From the NCBI GenBank assembly GCA_021781745.1, contig JAJXWH010000008.1, positions 26,781-90,780 on the forward strand: DNA of 64,000 nucleotides, written 5' to 3'. A program made the position numbers and the translations under genes. This DNA comes from Bacillota bacterium (GTDB lineage: Bacteria > Bacillota > Clostridia > Clostridiales > Clostridiaceae). This document shows positions 49,325-59,996 of the stretch, piece after piece. Under the pieces are notes generated by a model. That model saw nothing but the letters and a program-made list of their open reading frames with translations. It was not told the DNA's origin and searched no databases. How positions within the stretch are numbered: the first letter of the stretch is position 1; every line of letters begins with the position of its first letter.

Positions 49325-50662
49325 ATGAAAGTTATTGTAATAGGATGTACCCATGCAGGAACAGCTGCTATTGTTAATTTAAGAGAATTGTATCCGGAAA
49401 GTGAAGTTATAGTATATGAAAGAAATGATAATATTTCATTTTTATCTTGCGGAATAGCTCTAAGTATTGGTGGAGTTGTTACTGAAACGGAAAAATTATT
49501 CTATAATTCTCCAGAGCATTTAAGTGCTTTAGGAGTTACAACAAAAATGAAGCATGATGTTTTAGATATAAATTTTGATAATAAAACTATAAAAGTGAAA
49601 AACTTAACAAGCAACGAAGTATTTGAAGATAATTACGACAGACTTGTGTTAACATTAGGCTCTTGGCCAATAGTTCCAAAGTTTGAAGGCGGAGATTTAG
49701 ACAATATTCTATTATGTAAGAATTATAATCATGCAAAAGAAATTGAGGCTAGAGGCTGCGATGCAAAAAACGTAGTTGTAATAGGTGCGGGATATATTGG
49801 AGTAGAACTTGCTGAAGCCTTTAAAATGAAAGATAAGAATGTAACTTTAATTGATGCTGAAGAAAGAATAATGTCAAAATATTTAGACAAAGAATTCACA
49901 GATATTGCGGAAGAACAATTTAAGGAACATGGAATTAATCTAGCATTAGGAGAAAAAGTTAAGTTATTCAAGGGACAAGATGGTAAAGTTTCTCATGTGG
50001 TAACTGAGAATAGTGAATATGAAGCAGATTTGGTTATACTTTGTATTGGATTTGCACCAGCAACTGCCCTTGTAAAAGGAAAATTAGAGACCTTGGAAAA
50101 TGGTGCGATTATGATTGATGAATACATGAGAACAAGTAAAGAAGATGTATTTGCGGCAGGAGACTGCTGTGTTGTAAAATATAATCCTGCCGATGATACA
50201 AGGTATATACCACTAGCTACTAATGCGGTTAGAATGGGGACATTAATTGCACATAATATAGTTGAGCCTAAACTTAAATATATGGGAACGCAAGGTACAT
50301 CAGGAATTAAAATATATAAAAAATGTATAGCATCTACAGGGTTAACTGAAGAAGTTGCAAGGAATACTACATCATTTAATATAGATTCAGTTTCAGTAAC
50401 TGATAACTATAGACCTGAATTTATGCCTACTTTTGAAGAAGCATTATTAAAGTTAGTGTATGATAAAGACAGCAAAAGAATATTAGGTGGTCAAATAATT
50501 TCAAATTTAGATTTAACACAATTTATGAATACATTATCAGTAGTAATTCAAAATAGAATGACGGTGGAAGAGCTTGCTATGACAGATTTCTTCTTCCAGC
50601 CACATTTTAATAAACCATGGAGTTTATTAAATATAGCTGCACTTCAAGCATTAAAAAATTAA
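49325..50662 (+). CDS. nox: H2O-forming NADH oxidase / NADH peroxidase family flavoprotein
   Basis: GCTHAGT, SFLSCG (redox Cys), GAGYIG, FAAGD, FFFQPHF. ATG 49325 follows AGGAGG. Confidence 0.9.
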   Translation: MKVIVIGCTHAGTAAIVNLRELYPESEVIVYERNDNISFLSCGIALSIGGVVTETEKLFYNSPEHLSALGVTTKMKHDVLDINFDNKTIKVKNLTSNEVFEDNYDRLVLTLGSWPIVPKFEGGDLDNILLCKNYNHAKEIEARGCDAKNVVVIGAGYIGVELAEAFKMKDKNVTLIDAEERIMSKYLDKEFTDIAEEQFKEHGINLALGEKVKLFKGQDGKVSHVVTENSEYEADLVILCIGFAPATALVKGKLETLENGAIMIDEYMRTSKEDVFAAGDCCVVKYNPADDTRYIPLATNAVRMGTLIAHNIVEPKLKYMGTQGTSGIKIYKKCIASTGLTEEVARNTTSFNIDSVSVTDNYRPEFMPTFEEALLKLVYDKDSKRILGGQIISNLDLTQFMNTLSVVIQNRMTVEELAMTDFFFQPHFNKPWSLLNIAALQALKN

Positions 50663-50675
50663 TTAATGTAAAAAT

Positions 50676-50711
50676 TACCTGACCACACACATTATTGTGG
50701 TCAGGTAATAA
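50676..50711. terminator. Bidirectional terminator
   Basis: ATTACCTGACCAC / GTGGTCAGGTAAT. Confidence 0.8.
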
Positions 50712-50721
50712 AAATCTAATT

Positions 50722-52236
50722 TCAGCTGTTATTTTCTAAAATTTTAATATTTTTTCCTATTATTTTAATACCTTTTTTAATATCATCATCTTTGACTCTC
50801 CCAAAGCCGATTCTAAAAGTGTCACTGCCTTTTTGGACGATTTTATTATGATTAGCAAATTCGGTCATAGCTTCATTTACTATCTCCGAATCAAAATTTC
50901 CATAAAATATGTCACCAGGCATAAATAATACATTATCTTTATAACAAAGATCTAGAAGTTCGCGGGCATTTATATTATTTTTCAGTTTTACAAACACATG
51001 AAGACCACCTTCACCAGTTATATATTCATAAGGAATATATTTTTCAATCATTTCTAAGACAAGGTTATATTTATCTCTATAATACTTTCGTACATTTTTA
51101 ACATGTCTGCTAAAAGCACCGCTTTTTAAATAATAATAAAATACACTTTGATCTAAAAAAGAAGAATGAATATTTTTTCCTCTCTTTACGCTTTCTAAAA
51201 CATCTATAAGTTTTTCATCTCCAAATATCCATCCAATTCGAAGTCCTGGGAATAATATTTTAGAAAGGCTTCCAATATAGATAACTCCATTACCTCTCCC
51301 ACATAGTGAGGCAATAGGGTCAATAGGAGAACTTGAGTATAATAGTTCTTCATTAAAACCGTCTTCTATTATTGGAACAGAGTATTTTCTAAAAAGTTTG
51401 TATATTTCTTTTCTTCTTTCAGTTTTAGTTACAATCCCTGTAGGATTATTATATGAAGGAATTAAATATCCAAACCTTGGATTATATTTGCTTAAGGCAT
51501 TCTCCAAGGAGTCTAAATCCAGTCCTTCCTTATCCATTTTCACTTGAACAACTTTAAGCCCATAGGCTTTCATAATCTTTAGAGCTGTATTATGAGTTGG
51601 TTCTTCGCATAATATAATGTCTCCTTTTTTAGTTAAGGAACTAATAACTATATCGAAGGCTTCGGTAAATCCGTTTGTAATGAGGATGTCTTTATTAATA
51701 GTATTAACACGTTTTTCTTCAATATAATTTAAAAAATAATTTATTAAAGGCTTATAACCTTTTGCATATCCATAATTAAGTAAATTAGATTCCTCATAAT
51801 TCCAAGCATCCAAAAGAGCTCTTTTAAAATCATCGAGATTAAATAAATGACTTTCTGGAGAGATGGACTTAAAAGATATCATACTTTTTTTGTATGGTAA
51901 TTCATTTTTTATAATATCAAATTTTTTTAGAGTATCTCCGTAATCGTTGATAATACTTAAATAATCTACATTATATTCATAACTTTCATTTTCACTTTCA
52001 ATAGAGATGAAAGTACCTATGCCTCTTTTGGTAGTTATTACACCCATGCTTTCAAGCTCTTCATAAGCTGAAATTACAGAATTTCTACTTATATTCAAAA
52101 ATTTACTCACTTCTCTTGTGGAAGGCAGTTTACTATCTTTTTTTAATTCTCCATTTTTAATTCCTAGCTTAATATGTCTTTCGATTTGAATGTAAATAGG
52201 TTCATCTTTATTTAACACAAGATTGGAAAATACCAA
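50722..52236 (-). CDS. MocR/GabR family regulator (GntR HTH plus PLP aminotransferase-like domain)
   Basis: KLPSTREVS..ISRNSV..YEEL, PSYNNPTG, GSLSKILFPGLRIGW. Confidence 0.93.
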   Translation of the reverse strand: MVFSNLVLNKDEPIYIQIERHIKLGIKNGELKKDSKLPSTREVSKFLNISRNSVISAYEELESMGVITTKRGIGTFISIESENESYEYNVDYLSIINDYGDTLKKFDIIKNELPYKKSMISFKSISPESHLFNLDDFKRALLDAWNYEESNLLNYGYAKGYKPLINYFLNYIEEKRVNTINKDILITNGFTEAFDIVISSLTKKGDIILCEEPTHNTALKIMKAYGLKVVQVKMDKEGLDLDSLENALSKYNPRFGYLIPSYNNPTGIVTKTERRKEIYKLFRKYSVPIIEDGFNEELLYSSSPIDPIASLCGRGNGVIYIGSLSKILFPGLRIGWIFGDEKLIDVLESVKRGKNIHSSFLDQSVFYYYLKSGAFSRHVKNVRKYYRDKYNLVLEMIEKYIPYEYITGEGGLHVFVKLKNNINARELLDLCYKDNVLFMPGDIFYGNFDSEIVNEAMTEFANHNKIVQKGSDTFRIGFGRVKDDDIKKGIKIIGKNIKILENNS

Positions 52237-52576
52237 TACTAAATCACCTCTTTAGCATAAAATAAGTTTTATTAAGATTACATTAATTGATGATATTTAG
52301 GTATATCACCATCAATTTGAGTAATAGTAATTAGATATTTATAATATTAATACTCAATAGAATTATCATACAACTTATTTTAAATCAACTCAATAAAATG
52401 GTTTTAGTCTGTATATTTATCGTTATCTTAATAAAAGGATGTATATTCTCTAATAATATTAATTATTTTTTGTGAATCTCTTATTAACAACAAATTGGTA
52501 TTAATGTATAATAAATAATGAGAATGAATTTATAAGTAGAGTAGTCTTGATTAAAATAAAATAGGAGGAGTAATTT

Positions 52577-54376
52577 ATGAAGGGGACAGTTGTTTCAACT
52601 TGGATGAGAACTAATAGTAAACTATTCGGAAACTCAGTTGTTAATGATGCAATGGATAATGTTGGCTGGGGAAGCAACAAAATATTTTCACCTATTGAGA
52701 ATGTTAACGATGATGAGGTTAAAAAAGTAATATCATATATAGCTCAAAAGCAAAACATGGGGGTAGGTGAGTTATGGAGATTAATTGGGCAGGATAATAT
52801 AAAAACTTTTAGTCATGACTATCCTGCATTTTTCAAACATGATAATGTTTATTCTTTTTTTAAGTCAATGTTTGATGTACATATAGTAATGACAAAGAAA
52901 TTTTCAGGAGCGAAGCCACCTTTAGTATTAATTGAACCTATTTCAAATAGAGAAGCTATATTTAGTTATAATTCTTCTAGAGGAATGTTTGACTATTTTC
53001 TTGGGATGTTAAATGGGTCATGCGAGCATTTTAACGAGAAAGTAGAGGTAAAAGAGGTTTTAAGAACTGATACAGAATTAAAATTAAAACTCACTTTTGA
53101 TAAAGATATATATTATAATAAGAAATATTTCTTTAATAGATTATTTTCATTAGGATTTATTAAGGATTTTGGAGCTAAAATAGGATTATTTACATTTGTA
53201 TTGTCAGCGGTGGTACTAGTACCTATGTTAGGTATGGACAATATTATTAAGAGTATTATTGGAAGCATTGCAGCTGGCTTTGGAGCTTTCATAGGAGCTT
53301 CTCTAATGATGTCTCCTTTAAATCAAATAAAAGAAGAAATAAATAGAATTATTAATAATCAATATAATATTGATGGTAGCATTGCAACAAACGACTTTTT
53401 TGAGGAAATATTTAAACTCCTTAAAGAGCACAAGAAAGTTATACAAGCGGATTTTGTAGGATTTAAGGGTGTTACAGATGAAATGAGTACTTTTGTAGAT
53501 ACTATTAATAAAATATCAGATACTATGAATCATACATCTAATGAAATAAGTGGTGTTGTTGAACAAGTAGCAGAAGGTGCTATTACTCAAGCACAAAATA
53601 CAGATAGTGCAGTGCAAGCACTTAATGGAAATATTCAAGCATTAAGGAACATAGTTGAAAATGAAAATTTAAATAAGCTAGAACTTGAAGCGGCAATGTA
53701 TAAAATAAATAATAGTTATGAAAATGTAGATAACTCAAGCAAAAACATTTTAACTTCTCTAGAAAAATTTGAAGATGTTAAGGTTAAAGGAACACACCTT
53801 GAAGAGAGAGCTAGAGGTATAACGCAAATTATTTCAATCGTTTCAGGAATATCGGAACAAACTAATTTATTAGCATTAAATGCGTCTATTGAAGCAGCAA
53901 GAGCTGGTGAACAAGGTCGAGGTTTTGCTGTTGTAGCTGAATCAATTAGGAAATTAGCTGAACAATCTAAAGATGCAGTTTTAGAAATTAACTCTAATTT
54001 AGAGCAATTTGTAAAAGAAATAAAATTACTAGTAGGTCAAATTGATAATCAATATGATATATTAGCAAAAGAGACTGACAGCTTAAAAACAGTTAGAGAT
54101 ATAAGCTTTGAAGCCAATCAGTCTGTACAAAGTGTAGCTGGTTCTATGATAGAAACTATAAATAAGTTAAATACAGAAGCTGATTCAATCTCTAATATTT
54201 ATGATGGTATTGAATCTTTAGCTGCAATTGCAGAAGAAAATTCAGCATCATCAGAAGAAGTAAGTGCTAGCGTAATAAATTACACAAATGAAATTAAAAA
54301 ACTAATAGAAAACATATATGACTTTAAAGGCATAACTGAATCCTTTAAAAATGATTTAGAAAAGTATAATATTTAG
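52577..54376 (+). CDS. H-NOX (heme NO/O2-binding) methyl-accepting chemotaxis protein
   Basis: W9, N74, H102, Y131-S133-R135, Y140; MCP hairpin [24 protein letters not shown]. Confidence 0.95.
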   Translation: MKGTVVSTWMRTNSKLFGNSVVNDAMDNVGWGSNKIFSPIENVNDDEVKKVISYIAQKQNMGVGELWRLIGQDNIKTFSHDYPAFFKHDNVYSFFKSMFDVHIVMTKKFSGAKPPLVLIEPISNREAIFSYNSSRGMFDYFLGMLNGSCEHFNEKVEVKEVLRTDTELKLKLTFDKDIYYNKKYFFNRLFSLGFIKDFGAKIGLFTFVLSAVVLVPMLGMDNIIKSIIGSIAAGFGAFIGASLMMSPLNQIKEEINRIINNQYNIDGSIATNDFFEEIFKLLKEHKKVIQADFVGFKGVTDEMSTFVDTINKISDTMNHTSNEISGVVEQVAEGAITQAQNTDSAVQALNGNIQALRNIVENENLNKLELEAAMYKINNSYENVDNSSKNILTSLEKFEDVKVKGTHLEERARGITQIISIVSGISEQTNLLALNASIEAARAGEQGRGFAVVAESIRKLAEQSKDAVLEINSNLEQFVKEIKLLVGQIDNQYDILAKETDSLKTVRDISFEANQSVQSVAGSMIETINKLNTEADSISNIYDGIESLAAIAEENSASSEEVSASVINYTNEIKKLIENIYDFKGITESFKNDLEKYNI

Positions 54377-54394
54377 CTTACGTATAGATAAACA

Positions 54395-54805
54395 ACATGT
54401 AAACTAGACTTATGTGGTAGCTTACCGAAATAATAAATATTTTTGTAACCACAAGGGTCATAATATTACGAAAAACTATGAAAATATCGCTGAAGGCTCT
54501 AAGTTACAAGTTGCACTCACTTTAGCATGCTCCCGCTTTCAGCGTGACAAGCTAAAGTGAGACAACTTACAACTAAGAGCCTTTAACAGCTCATTTTCAA
54601 ATGTTTTCTGCATAAAAATATTTATTATTTCTAGTTAAGATATCCACATGAAGATTTAGTAAATATGTAAGTATGTTCATATAATAAGTCCAATTATAAT
54701 GTAGTATATCTATATAGATATACTACATGTTAACTTGATTAATGTGATAGCTTACCGAAATCATAAATATTTTTATAACCTCAAGGGTCACAATCTTACG
54801 AAAAG
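54395..54805. mobile_element. MITE/REP-like palindromic element plus a truncated tandem copy
   Basis: Perfect 18-bp IR (54427-54444 / 54614-54631) enclosing a long GC-richer hairpin; about 80 bp repeated directly 330 bp downstream. Confidence 0.6.
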
Positions 54806-54965
54806 CTAAATTGGAGTAACCTTCCTTTTAGTGCTTTTAATATATAATTTTAAATAAGTTACTCACAAATATGCATCGCAGAAATGGATTTGTATAATAT
54901 TTACAACATGGAATATAATTGTATAGAATATTTAATTTAGTGTGTAATTGATTTGGAGATATATT

Positions 54966-55775
54966 ATGTATTTAACAAATAGTGTTGCTAAAAAAGGCAT
55001 AAATGATTTTACATTAAAGATAATTGCATTAATTTTAATGACTGTTGACCATATACATCAATTTTTTTCATCAAATGGAATTCCAATCTGGTTCACATGG
55101 ATTGGAAGATTGTCAGCGCCACTTTTCTTCTTTACAATGGCTGAAGGTTTTTTTCATACAAGAAATAGAGTGACCTATGCTAAAAGATTGTACTTTTTCT
55201 CTGTAGTAATGTCTTTAGGTAAACTTATTGCTTGGGAAATATCATTAAGTGATAGGTCTTTTCCTATAGTATATAATAATATTTTTGAAACTTTCTTTTT
55301 GGTAACCTTTAACATATTAATATTTAAATTTTTAATGGATAGAAATAAAGAATTCTATAAAAAAGTTTTTGTAATATTTATTGTGATAGTATGTGAAATT
55401 ATTTTGCCAATAGGCGCTTATAAATTTGTAAGTTCAAAGATAATATCTAAATTTATATTATCTTTTTTACCTTGTCCTTTATTATGTGAAGGAAATTTTA
55501 TTTTTGTGGCTCTTGGAATTACGTTTTTTTATTTAAGAGATAATCGTAAGGAAATGATGTTGATTTATTTGATTTTTTCACTATCTTTTTTACCATATTT
55601 AAATTTTTCATTTAAGGAAGCGTTTTATCACAATTATCAATGGATGATGATTTTTGCAGCTCCACTAATGATGCTTTATAATGGAAAAAAGGGGTGTGGA
55701 TTAAAGTATTTATTTTATTTGTATTATCCAGTTCACATTTTCATATTTTTCTTTATTGTTGGATTAATAACTTGA
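54966..55775 (+). CDS. traX: TraX-family membrane protein
   Basis: LKIIALILMTVDHI, IGRLSAPLF..AEGF.HT, YNGKKG..KYLFY.YYPVH. Confidence 0.85.
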   Translation: MYLTNSVAKKGINDFTLKIIALILMTVDHIHQFFSSNGIPIWFTWIGRLSAPLFFFTMAEGFFHTRNRVTYAKRLYFFSVVMSLGKLIAWEISLSDRSFPIVYNNIFETFFLVTFNILIFKFLMDRNKEFYKKVFVIFIVIVCEIILPIGAYKFVSSKIISKFILSFLPCPLLCEGNFIFVALGITFFYLRDNRKEMMLIYLIFSLSFLPYLNFSFKEAFYHNYQWMMIFAAPLMMLYNGKKGCGLKYLFYLYYPVHIFIFFFIVGLIT

Positions 55776-55952
55776 TTTTTAATATTATTGTGTGGAGGGT
55801 AAATCAGCTAAACATTTTGAATAAGGATTTGTTTAAATTTTAGAGTAAGAAAAACAGTGGCTTTATAGCACTATTTAGTTATATAGGTTTAAAGAGGTAG
55901 ATATTATATCTATCTCTTTTTTGCATATATTAAAAAAATTTGGAAAAAAGTA

Positions 55953-56014
55953 TTGATTTTATATATCAGAGTGATATAATTCTAAATATAACATATCAGA
56001 GTGATATATATCAG
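55953..56014 (+). promoter_or_regulatory. Promoter with tandem probable PadR operators
   Basis: TTGATT-16-TATAAT with TGn; ATATCA-GAG-TGATAT at 55963-55977 and 55993-56007 (30-bp period). Confidence 0.7.
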
Positions 56015-56088
56015 AAGATAATAATGATTAAAAATAAATCATATAAAATTAAAAAATGTTGAAGGTGAATTAAGAAGGAGGAATTAAA

Positions 56089-56790
56089 ATGAAAGTTTTA
56101 GCTTTAAATGGAAGTCCAAGAGGAGAAGCAGGAAATACAGAAGTCATGTTAAAGCCATTTCTTGAAGGATGCAAGGAGGAAGGGGCAGAAGTAGAAACTA
56201 TTTATCTTAAGGAAAAAAATATAAAACATTGCTGCGGATGTTTTTCCTGCTGGACAAAAACTCCTGGAAAGTGTGTGCATAAGGATGACATGGAGGAATT
56301 ATTAAGTAAAGTATCACAAGCAGATATAATAGTTTATGCAACTCCATTATATTATTATACGGTTACTGGCATCATGAAAGATTTTATGGATCGTATGCTT
56401 CCGCTAAATAATAGGGAGATAATTAAAGTTAAAGATAAGTATACTCATCCAAGACGTTATGAAAAAAAATCACCTACTAAGAGTGTATTAATTTCAAATT
56501 GTGGTTTCCCGGGAAATTATAATTTTTCAGGTCTTGTTGAAACATTTAAGGTTTTAGCAAAGGAAAATTTAGCAGGAGTTATTACATGCGGCCAGGGAGG
56601 AATGTTTAGTGAAATTAATAAACACGATGCTCTAAAAGAAATATTTACACCATTTATATCAGCACTAAAAGACGCAGGGCGCGAGATTGTAAGTATTGGA
56701 TTTATATCAGAAAAAATTCAGGCAGAACTTGCAAAAGATATAATTGACCCTGAAATTTATATGAAAAATGCTAATTTAAGTTGGAAATAA
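56089..56790 (+). CDS. Flavodoxin-like / iron-sulfur flavoprotein (NADPH-dependent FMN reductase family)
   Basis: NGSPR..GNT, CCGCFSCW..C, ATPLYY, MKDFMDR. Confidence 0.88.
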   Translation: MKVLALNGSPRGEAGNTEVMLKPFLEGCKEEGAEVETIYLKEKNIKHCCGCFSCWTKTPGKCVHKDDMEELLSKVSQADIIVYATPLYYYTVTGIMKDFMDRMLPLNNREIIKVKDKYTHPRRYEKKSPTKSVLISNCGFPGNYNFSGLVETFKVLAKENLAGVITCGQGGMFSEINKHDALKEIFTPFISALKDAGREIVSIGFISEKIQAELAKDIIDPEIYMKNANLSWK

Positions 56791-56855
56791 GGTTTAAAAA
56801 ATATAGTTGCCCTTGTATAAGGATAAAAAGCAAGGGCTTATGGAGGAGAGTAATT

Positions 56856-57485
56856 ATGGAAAAATCAATTAGTAAATCAAATAAACAATATTCAGTATTA
56901 AAAAATATATTAAACAAAGACTTTGTAATGAGTGCAATTATTCCTATAATAATTTTTTCAATCTTTGATAAAAATGGAATGACACTTGATGGAATAATAT
57001 TATCTGGAGTTTGGAGTATTGGTATAGTTGGCTTAAATTTTATAAAAGAGCATAAGATTAATGCACTTGCAGTAATGGGAGCATCTTTTTCAGGTATTGG
57101 AGTTATAGGAACTATTATTTCTAATAATCCTACATTTTATTTAATATCTCCAATTGTACAGGATATTTTAATTGCAATAATTTTCTTAGGTTCTTTATTT
57201 TGCAAAAGATCACTAGTTCAAATAATTGCTGAACAAAGTTATTTAAGTAACATTCCAGAAGATTTTAAGAAACAACCCAAATATGCAGCAGCTTGGAGAA
57301 TAGTTACTTTATCATGGGGAATTTTAAATATTAGTCAGGCAGTAATAAGAACGATTCTATTATTTTCAGTATCAATGAGTTCATATTATGCAATAAGTAC
57401 TGTTTACTGCAATATTTCCAGTCCTGTTCTTATAGCATTCTCAATATTATTTCCTAGATGGTATTGGAGTAAAAAAGATATATAA
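56856..57485 (+). CDS. VC0807-like membrane protein, copy A
   Basis: About 6 TM helices; ATG 56856 follows GGAGGAG; close paralogue of 58130-58756. Confidence 0.75.
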   Translation: MEKSISKSNKQYSVLKNILNKDFVMSAIIPIIIFSIFDKNGMTLDGIILSGVWSIGIVGLNFIKEHKINALAVMGASFSGIGVIGTIISNNPTFYLISPIVQDILIAIIFLGSLFCKRSLVQIIAEQSYLSNIPEDFKKQPKYAAAWRIVTLSWGILNISQAVIRTILLFSVSMSSYYAISTVYCNISSPVLIAFSILFPRWYWSKKDI

Positions 57486-57546
57486 AATTATAGTAGTTAA
57501 AAAAGTTGGAAAAATATATTGACTAAATATATCAGAGGTGAATAAA

Positions 57547-58107
57547 ATGGCAAAAGTAAATAAAACAAAGTACGCACTTTTAGGAATATTAGATAATATG
57601 TCAGGATCAGGCTACGATATAAAAAAAGTTTGTGATTCATCTATTGGTCACTTTTGGAATGAGAATTATGGTCATATATATCCTGTGCTTCAAAAAATGG
57701 AGCAAGAAGGATTAATAACTAAGGAAGTAAAACAAACTGAAGGAAGGCCAGCAAAAAATATATATTCTATTACGCCAAAAGGAAAAGAAGAATTAAGTAA
57801 GTGGCTTGTTCTTCCCGTAGACAAAGAGCCGCTTAGATCGGAACTTTTACTAAAAATATTTTTATCAAAAGACGTACCCGTAGAAACAATTATTAAAAGA
57901 ATTCAAGATATAAAGGAAGAGTCTGAAAGAAATCTAATTAAATACTCAGAAATAGATAATTTTTTAAGATCAGATAAAATTAAAGCAGATAAGAAGAGTA
58001 AAGCACTATGGCTTATTACTAGCAATTACGGAAGGATTGGTGAAGAAGCTCAAATAAAATGGTGTGAAGAAACAATTAGATCATTAGAAGAAATAAAAGA
58101 TTTATAA
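57547..58107 (+). CDS. PadR family regulator with C-terminal extension
   Basis: GSGYDIKK, FWNENYGHIYPVL, RPAKNIYSITPKG. Confidence 0.92.
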   Translation: MAKVNKTKYALLGILDNMSGSGYDIKKVCDSSIGHFWNENYGHIYPVLQKMEQEGLITKEVKQTEGRPAKNIYSITPKGKEELSKWLVLPVDKEPLRSELLLKIFLSKDVPVETIIKRIQDIKEESERNLIKYSEIDNFLRSDKIKADKKSKALWLITSNYGRIGEEAQIKWCEETIRSLEEIKDL

Positions 58108-58129
58108 GAGGTATTAATAGGAGGTTATT

Positions 58130-58756
58130 ATGGAAAAAGTATCAAACAGTTCAAATAAAAAATATCCAGTATTGAAGAATATATTTAATAAAGATTTTAT
58201 TGTAAGTGCAATTATTCCAGTTTTAATGTTTTCAGTTTTAGATAAGTATGGAATGACTCTTAATGGAATAATATTATCTGGTGCGTGGAGTATTGGAGTA
58301 GTATTAATTGATTATATAAAGCAACACAAAGTTAATGCTCTTGCAACAATGAGTGCTGTTTTTTCAGGAGTTGGAATAATAGGAAGCGTTATATCAAAAA
58401 ATCCTAGTTTTTATTTCGTGGCACCTATTATTCAGGATTTATTAATTGCATTAATTTTCTTTGGCTCATTATTTTGTGAGAAAACATTGATTGAGATAAT
58501 AGTTGAACAAAGTTATTTAAAAAATGTTTCTGAAGAAGTAAAAAAACAACCTAAATATAAATCTGTATGGAGAATAATAACAATCGCGTGGACAATTTTA
58601 AATATTGCTCAAGCTGCATTAAGAGTTGTTCTTCTTAAGAATGTATCTATGAGTTCATATTATGCACTAAGTACATTTTATTCTAACATTTCTACAACGA
58701 TGCTTATTGCATTCTCTATAATGTTTCCAAAGTGGTATTGGAAAAATAAAAAATAA
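58130..58756 (+). CDS. VC0807-like membrane protein, copy B
   Basis: Paralogue of 56856-57485 (LKNIxNKDF..SAIIP, KxNALA, PIxQD, IxEQSYL, FPxWYW). Confidence 0.75.
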   Translation: MEKVSNSSNKKYPVLKNIFNKDFIVSAIIPVLMFSVLDKYGMTLNGIILSGAWSIGVVLIDYIKQHKVNALATMSAVFSGVGIIGSVISKNPSFYFVAPIIQDLLIALIFFGSLFCEKTLIEIIVEQSYLKNVSEEVKKQPKYKSVWRIITIAWTILNIAQAALRVVLLKNVSMSSYYALSTFYSNISTTMLIAFSIMFPKWYWKNKK

Positions 58757-59005
58757 AACTCTACAAAAAAGAAAGCATAAACTTAAGGTAAGTTCTGTGC
58801 TTTCTTTTATATTATAGTGTATATAATGAGATTTAGAAAGATGATTTAATACTTATAAAGTGGCTAAGTGTACAAATGCTAATATTTATTAATTCATAAG
58901 ATATATATATAATTTTGGTGCCCATTTTGTGCATAAAATATACATACAATTTAAAAGATTAGGTTATTATATGAATGTATCTTAACTATTATAGTGCTAA
59001 TTTAT

Positions 59006-59551
59006 TTATCGAAGTCCATATTGTTTTGTGATAGGATCCATAAAAATTGGTAATTTAGGTGGAAAGAAAGTAAAAAGTGTAAAGCAGAGTATTATTAACA
59101 AACCTATTAGTGAAGAGATATAATAGTCAAAAATAGTTATTTCCATATACTTATAAAGGTGAAGTGATAAACACTGAGCTATAAAAAGACCTAAGAATAA
59201 CGAAAAGATATCAAGAAATAATGAATGTATTCCAAGAGCACCGGTGTAAGTATAGTAAAAACAAGTTATAACAATAGCGCTAACAATGACGGAAATAACA
59301 CAGCAAATGCTCCATTTATAATAGTTAATCTTATTTTGAAACAATAGGAAACCTGCTATGTACCAAATGAAAGTGGGGTAGGTAGAAAGTTTTAAGTGCT
59401 CCCAAATACTTTCGTTAACCGGGGTAAAAATTCCAACGATAATTGATTTGCCACTCCACTCAAATGCAAAATGAAATAGTGAACCAAGTAAAAACATAAT
59501 TGGAATACCAATTAGAAACCAAGATTCAGGAGTTACAAGAATATTTCTCAT
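59006..59551 (-). CDS. DUF6512-like membrane protein
   Basis: GSLFHFAFEWS, PVNESIWEHLKL, YYTYTG, PP.LPIF.DP. Confidence 0.75.
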   Translation of the reverse strand: MRNILVTPESWFLIGIPIMFLLGSLFHFAFEWSGKSIIVGIFTPVNESIWEHLKLSTYPTFIWYIAGFLLFQNKINYYKWSICCVISVIVSAIVITCFYYTYTGALGIHSLFLDIFSLFLGLFIAQCLSLHLYKYMEITIFDYYISSLIGLLIILCFTLFTFFPPKLPIFMDPITKQYGLR

Positions 59552-59996
59552 AATAAGTAAACCTCCAAATTTAATATATTAAGAAACAAAAAAATATATA
59601 ATAAATATATGAAGTATATAAATAATTTAGGACTTAACGTTCTAGTATAAAAATTTATATTTTAAACTAATTGTAGGTAAAACAAAGCAGCAAATTAAGA
59701 ATAAATACTCTACACTAGGTTAAAATAAACTACTCATTTTTTATGGGTAGTTTTTATTTTTAATAAAATTGATAGAATATTTTTAAAATATAGATAACGG
59801 ATCAAGTGTTAATTTGTAAGGGATTAAAGGTATTGTTAAACAAAACACAAAGTATTCTTAATTTACTAAATGTATTTTAAAGTTACTAAATATTTTAAAT
59901 TTTCAGACAAAATGATATTATCTAGTTACACCAAACAACAACAATAAAATATTAAATATCAAATGTAAATGTTTAGATATAGAGGAGATGTTTTAA

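Noticed and set aside
50800-50900. About 20-aa insertion near the C-terminus of the MocR regulator
   Set aside because: It is in frame and in a likely loop; without an alignment it cannot be shown to be unusual.
59833-59850. Possible Rex box upstream of the malic enzyme
   Set aside because: Only the left half (TTGTTAA) matches the clostridial consensus.
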